A DNA stretch of 64,000 nt from the human T2T-CHM13v2.0 reference genome, Homo sapiens. Below, piece by piece: positions 58,385 through 64,000 of the stretch. The position numbers and the translations under genes were made by a program. The stretch is from NCBI RefSeq assembly GCF_009914755.1, contig NC_060931.1; one strand, given 5' to 3'. Positions within the stretch are counted from its first letter, which is position 1; each line of letters begins with the position of its first letter. Under the pieces are notes generated by a model, which was not told where the DNA came from, searched no databases, and saw only the letters and a list, made by a program, of their open reading frames with translations.

Positions 58385-58502
58385 GTGGTCTTGTTAAACT
58401 GCAGATTCATTTTCAGATGCTCTGGACCAGGACCTGAGAGTCTGCATTTCTAACAAACTCTCAGGTGATGGCTCTGGTCCAGGTACCATACTTTGAGTAG
58501 CT
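58385..58502. mobile_element. MER5-family remnant
   Basis: tcttgttaaactgcagatt...ctgagagtctgcatttctaacaa...accatactttgagtagc. Confidence 0.7.
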
Positions 58503-58868
58503 CAGTGCTAAAGGACATAACCCGCATTGAAAAGGAAAAGCCAAGTACATGTTCTAAGAGCTCATTGGAAAGCCATGGATGGTTGTGAAAATGCATGCTA
58601 TGGAATTTAATGCTCAATTCTCTTGGTTTTTCTTCAGCAATGTTTTTTTGAGAAAAATAACTGTTAACATCACGACTTTTTAAACCTGCCTAAGGAGAGA
58701 TGTTGATACTGTGTAAGTGTGAGAAGGCATATCCAATGCAGAGGGTGACGGAGAGAAACTCACCCCTCTCAACTGGCATTCAACAGAGCAGAGCTGAGCT
58801 AGATCACTACCCACCTGGGCAAGCTGCCAGCAAAGCACAAAGCTCAAAATGTATCAGGAGATGCTCAG

Positions 58869-58970
58869 ATCTGAGATAGGAAATCAACCTTACAGCCACA
58901 ACTTCACTTGAGGTGCTCCTATCTGAGATAGGAAATCAACCTTACAGCCACAACTTCACTTGAGGTGCTC
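58869..58970. repeat. Perfect 50-bp tandem duplication with a 2-nt spacer
   Basis: 58869-58918 is identical to 58921-58970. Confidence 0.95.
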
Positions 58971-59004
58971 AAAGGCAGTACTTTGAGCTCATGAGATCTA
59001 GCAT

Positions 59005-59070
59005 GTATATACACGCACACACACAAATGCACATATGCACACACATACACACTCATGCACACAAACACAC
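59005..59070. repeat. Degenerate (CA)n tract
   Basis: acacgcacacacacaaatgcacatatgcacacacatacacac. Confidence 0.8.
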
Positions 59071-59599
59071 CTCCCCAACATCAGATCAGGCATGCACTGT
59101 CAGCACTGTGATGTCCAGGAGCATAAATCATCGCATCGTTACCAACTGGCTTCAGGCTGAACAGATCAAAATGCATCAAATAAACGAAATGAGGCACAGG
59201 ACATTCCCTTGGGCATTTTGGGCAAGGAACTTAGATGTTCACTAGACTGAGCTGCCCTCAGCAGAGCTACACCTTTGCATACTGTTTCCCCCAGACTAGC
59301 ACAGGGCCTGGCACACTTGAGCTGCTCGATAAAGGGCCAGTCCTGAAGTCACAGAGGTCCTGGAATGGAGATGGACCATGCTGCTAGGAACTGTCCTCCT
59401 CTGTCCAGAAGCCAAAGAGCCTTTCTACCAACCAGTTAAGGACTTGATGTTAGCTTGGCATCTTATCTTCTAAGCCAGTTGGAAGTCGGGGACAATTTGG
59501 GGGTTACAAACTGGAGGCAGGTGTGTCTGGCTTGACAAGCATAGCATTTAAGAATAATCTGTCTGAATTTGGCAGGGACTAGTTCTCCAGGGTCGCATG

Positions 59600-60950
59600 A
59601 ATGCCCATTGCTAACACCAGACCTGCTTCATTCCAGCTGCTTCCCAGAGATCTTCACACAGATGTGCATTAGGACTCTAACATCAAACATATCAAAGCAG
59701 AACTGTCTGTTTCTCCCAGAAATCTGCTCTTCCCCAGATTTCACCATCTCAGTAAATGGAACCACTTTCCCCCTACTCGCCCCTCCCCACAAAATTCATC
59801 AGGACAAAAATGTGACAGTACCCTTGTTTCTATTCTTTCTGTCATACTCATAGCCCTTGCATCAGTAAATCGTGCGGGCTTCACTTTTAAAATAGATCCT
59901 AAACTCCTACCACTCCTTCCAGCTTCTCCCCTGAAATTGACCCAAGCATGCAAGGCCCCTCACTTAGAGGTTCCCTCAGACTGCGGCACCTCCCTGTGCA
60001 AAGCCCTCAGTGTTTCTCCTAGTGTTCAAATCACTGCCTCCAAATCCCTTCCTGTCCAGAGTTCATCTTCTCCTCTCATCTGCTCATTAACTAAGCTCTC
60101 AAATCTGCCAAATGTATTCCCATTTCACTTGTTTTTCAAGCCTAGAATGCTATGCTGCTGGTACTAAGGGTCCAGTTGTAGTGGCCACCCTGACAGACCG
60201 TTCCACGTGCACTTACATGTGCAAACTCATGCAGTCTTTGTAACAGGGCTTTGTAATGGGGAGGCAGAGCTATTGTTATCCCCACTTTACTCATGAGGCA
60301 ACTGAGGCACAGGGAAGTTAGGTGACCCACCAAGGCCATATAGCAAGTAAATGGCCCTATCCAGGGCCTCACTGAATCACTGCCACTCTGCCCCTTACAG
60401 AGCTCATCGCTTGCACAGCTGCCTTCTCACCTTACAGGATTCAGCTGAAACGTCATGTCCCCTGGTACTTCTCTGACCATCCCGTCTCAAGCACCTATCA
60501 ATATCTAGAATTAGCCTATTTACTCATGTGCTTACATATTTCTCCATCACAAACACAGACACAAAAGGATATAAGCTCCCTGAAGGCAGCCCCCAGCAGC
60601 CTCATTCTCTGTACCCTCAGAACCAGAATAGTGCCTGGCACAAGCCCCCCTCATCAAATATTAACCAACCTATTGCCTATTTTATATTAGCACCTGGGTC
60701 CTGCGGGTGCTTGAGTCTCCATCCTCCGTCTTGTCCTATCCTGTAACATTCCATAGGCTCCCGGCAGCTTCCTCTACAGGGCAGAGTCCACGCCCGGATG
60801 ACAAAACGCTGCACAATGTGGCCCAGCCATCCCTCTGGCCTTGTCCCCACTCCTCCCTCCCAGCACACACCTGCACATCAGCTGTCCTGAGCTGCTCCAC
60901 CTGCGGCCTTCTCAGATGAACTAGTCCCTCTCTGCAGGCTCCTATCCCTT
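59600..60950 (+). mobile_element. Fragmented L2 with an intervening minus-strand MIR (~60170-60390)
   Basis: catctcagtaaatggaaccac; ataagctccctgaaggcag...agtgcctggcac; MIR motif gaggcaactgaggcacagggaagttaggtgac. Confidence 0.6.
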
Positions 60951-60992
60951 GGCACCAGTTCTCTACAATGAGGAATGTAAAGATGGCAGGCT

Positions 60993-61283
60993 TGGCCGGG
61001 CGCAGTGGCTCACACCTGTAATCCTAGCACTTTGGGAGGCCGAGGTGGGTGGATCACCTGAGGTCAGGAGTTCGAGACCATCCTGGCCAACATGGTGAAA
61101 CCCCATCTCTACTAAAATTACAAAAATTAGCTGGGCGTGATGGCACATGCCTGTAATCCCAGCTACTCAGGAGGCTGAGGCAGGAGGATCGCTTGAACTC
61201 AGGAGGTGGAGGTTACAGTGAGCTGAGATCGCACCACTGTGCTCCAGCCTGGGCGACAGTGAGACTCCATCTCAAAAAAAAAA
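60993..61283 (+). mobile_element. AluSx/Sz
   Basis: Full dimer; TSD aaaga(tg/ct)gcaggctt; inserted in a MIR that continues to ~61500. Confidence 0.92.
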
Positions 61284-62244
61284 AAGACTGCAGGCTTTAG
61301 AGTCAGGCAGACCTAACTTGGAATCCTGACTCCTCTGCCATCTTACCAAACCTCTCTGAGTCACTTTCCTTGTAGGTAAAAATGTCACAATACTCACTCC
61401 TCGGGGTTGTCAGGATGAGGGATAAAATATGTAAAACACTTACAACGGTCTTGGCACATGACCATGATGAGCTGCTCAGTAAGAGGTAGATGGTGGTGGT
61501 GGTATTATTTGTTTAAGGTCTATTTGTATTAAAGAAACATGTGTAGAGACACTTCCTTAACATTGTTTGCATCTTCACTGAGCACGTGTGCGACACATAA
61601 ATCTCAATAAACATCTACTGCAGAAATGGGTAAGGATGTCCTTGGAAGCTGCTTCCAGATGCCTCTAGCATCCCAGGAAGCCCAAACCCTGCTCTGGTCC
61701 TTTCATTTTGCTATTAACAAGGGAAAAACAATTGGAAAATGGATAAAATTGCATGTTCAGCACCTTTGATCTTACGTTAGAAAAAAAATAACCTAAAAAA
61801 AATGGGGGCAGGAAAAACCCAGCTATGGTCTCTGGAAGGGGATGGGAGAAGGAAGGCTGGCAATGAAGAGATCCCCCAGGAACTTGGGCATCTGATTGGA
61901 CCTTCAGGAATCACCTTTCTTATTTAAAAAAAAAAAAAAGACTATTAAAATATACGACTAAGTATTTGTGAGTCGGAAAGAAATGAAGCATTATGGGCAA
62001 ACCTATCGTTGTCAGTTTTCAAAGAAGGCAGTTTCTCATCACATACTGGCAACCTGGCTGGATTTGTTAAACTTCCACAGTGTCCCCTCTAAGACACTGA
62101 ATGACGTTAAGGGGTGGTGAGGCAGCCTGTGCTTTTGGAATGCCCATTATAAACCTTCATGGACGCACCTGATTGGTTTTTCTTTTCGTCTCCCTTTGTA
62201 TAAGTTTCTACACAGGTTCATTTTTATTCCAAAGCATTCAACAT

Positions 62245-62296
62245 GCACACACACACACACAAACTCACAAACACACTCACACATACACACACACTC
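62245..62296. repeat. Interrupted (CA)n microsatellite
   Basis: gcacacacacacacacaaactcacaaacacactcacacatacacacac. Confidence 0.85.
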
Positions 62297-62680
62297 ATAG
62301 CCCCTAACTGCCTGGAGAACCATAGCAGTTTTCATTTTCTGTTTCACAAGGCTTTCTGCTGCTGAGCTTAGAATCCACTCGCTAAGGATTCCAATACATG
62401 AGAAGTCCAGGGCACTCAGAGACAGGAAGCTTGTAGGGGTTCTTGTGTTAGGTGGGAGATTGGAACAAGACCCTGAGGAAATTAAATTTAAGCTCACAAC
62501 GAGAATTCAAAAATATACTGCCCTTGAGTGTCCAAGGGGAACTACATTCCCTCGGCTCATCTTCATGCACAGCCTTGAGAAAGGAAAAACCAAGGAGGTG
62601 CACAGCCAATGGAAAGTGATTTTTCTATTCACTGTGAGCAACTGAGTGTCAGCAAAGCTGTGTTATGAAAGTTGCTTCTA

Positions 62681-62990
<310 letters not shown>

Positions 62991-64000
62991 TCAATTGTGT
63001 AACAGAGGATTTTGACGTCCATTGTTGTTTGTCATTTATAACACAGAGTAGTGATGGAGCTCTGGTTTTACAGTCCCAGGGCCTGGTTTTAAAGCCCCGT
63101 CTCTATCTGTCTGGCCCTGACTCCCTCACTCAGCCTCTGTGGGCCTGAGCTGCTTCTCCTACAAAACAACTGTACGGTACCTGCCCTATGGATCACACAG
63201 CATTGAGAAGAAACTAAATGAACTAACATAAACTATAAGGAGATGAGGGCCTCAAAGGGACTTCCTGACACACTGTGAAATTTTATATCTCAACTAATAC
63301 AAAGAATTTTAATGTTTTAATCTCTTGGACAAACACTATGACCCCTTTATTCATCTTCAGGGTCTGTTTTTAAACATCATAACGGGTAATGATTAGTATA
63401 ATGAGGAGAAATGCAACCAGTAAGAAGATGAAGCGGGCCTGGGGTTTAGATGGGCTGGTCAGAGGGGGGCCCTTGATGAGGGGCTTTGAGCAGAGACCCA
63501 CGTGTAGTGGGGATGTCCACAGAAAAGCACAGCATGGGGAGAGAGTGGTCAGTGCAAAGGCCCTGAGGCAGAGTGTGATGGTTGGAGACCATGCCCACTG
63601 CAGTGTCTAGCACGTAGGAAGCACGCAGTATGCAGGAGCCACTGTGATCATGAGCATTGCTCTCACTGCTGCCGAAACACCGAGTTACCAGTCATGGGTG
63701 AGCCAAAGCCAGGGAAACCCAATATATTAATACATCACCACCAATGCTAGTTAGGGCCCCTTCAGACAGCAGCTCCCCAGCCAACACTGCAGCTCTGGGG
63801 GCTCTTTTTATGCCGCTACAGAAAACAGCCAGGTGCGGTCAGGGGCCGTTAGGAACAGGCACAGGTGGGCAGCATATTTACTCCACTTCATCCTCAATTG
63901 CTTTCTTCCTTCCCCACATTTGCCTCCTCCCTTTCCCCAAACGCACCTTCTGAGGAAAGGAGGTCTCTGCCCGCAGCCAACCTTGCAGTCGCACTGCTCA

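Overview
Human genomic DNA; an AluYb-lineage insertion at 22982-23291 supports human origin. The window lies inside PDE1C (Ca2+/calmodulin-dependent cyclic nucleotide phosphodiesterase 1C, 7p14.3), which runs on the minus strand. Only two coding exons are present: 46392-46442 (51 nt) and 6680-6851 (172 nt). They splice in frame across a 39,540-nt intron to give ...VANEAGDKNARPLARFS-R-SKSQNCLWNSLIDGLTGNVKEKPRPTIVHDPRPPEEILADELPQLDSPEVLVKTSFR. From memory, this is the alternative long N-terminus of PDE1C (the rodent olfactory PDE1C2 type). The rest is intron, densely filled with transposon remnants (L1PA, L1M, Alu, MIR, L2, THE1/MST/MLT1, MER74-like, LTR12, Tigger/MER DNA elements). Almost all ORFs in the supplied track are repeat-derived or chance. 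I find no convincing new gene system. The best leads are all hypotheses: a 3x27-bp tandem hairpin array with compensatory base changes, a canonical RFX X-box, a 21-bp-periodic TTAATGA array near an O/E-like site, an antisense LTR12 promoter, a candidate unannotated exon, a candidate intronic poly(A) site, and several young or templated rearrangements. Repeat subfamily names were assigned by eye, and repeat boundaries are approximate unless target-site duplications (TSDs) are quoted.
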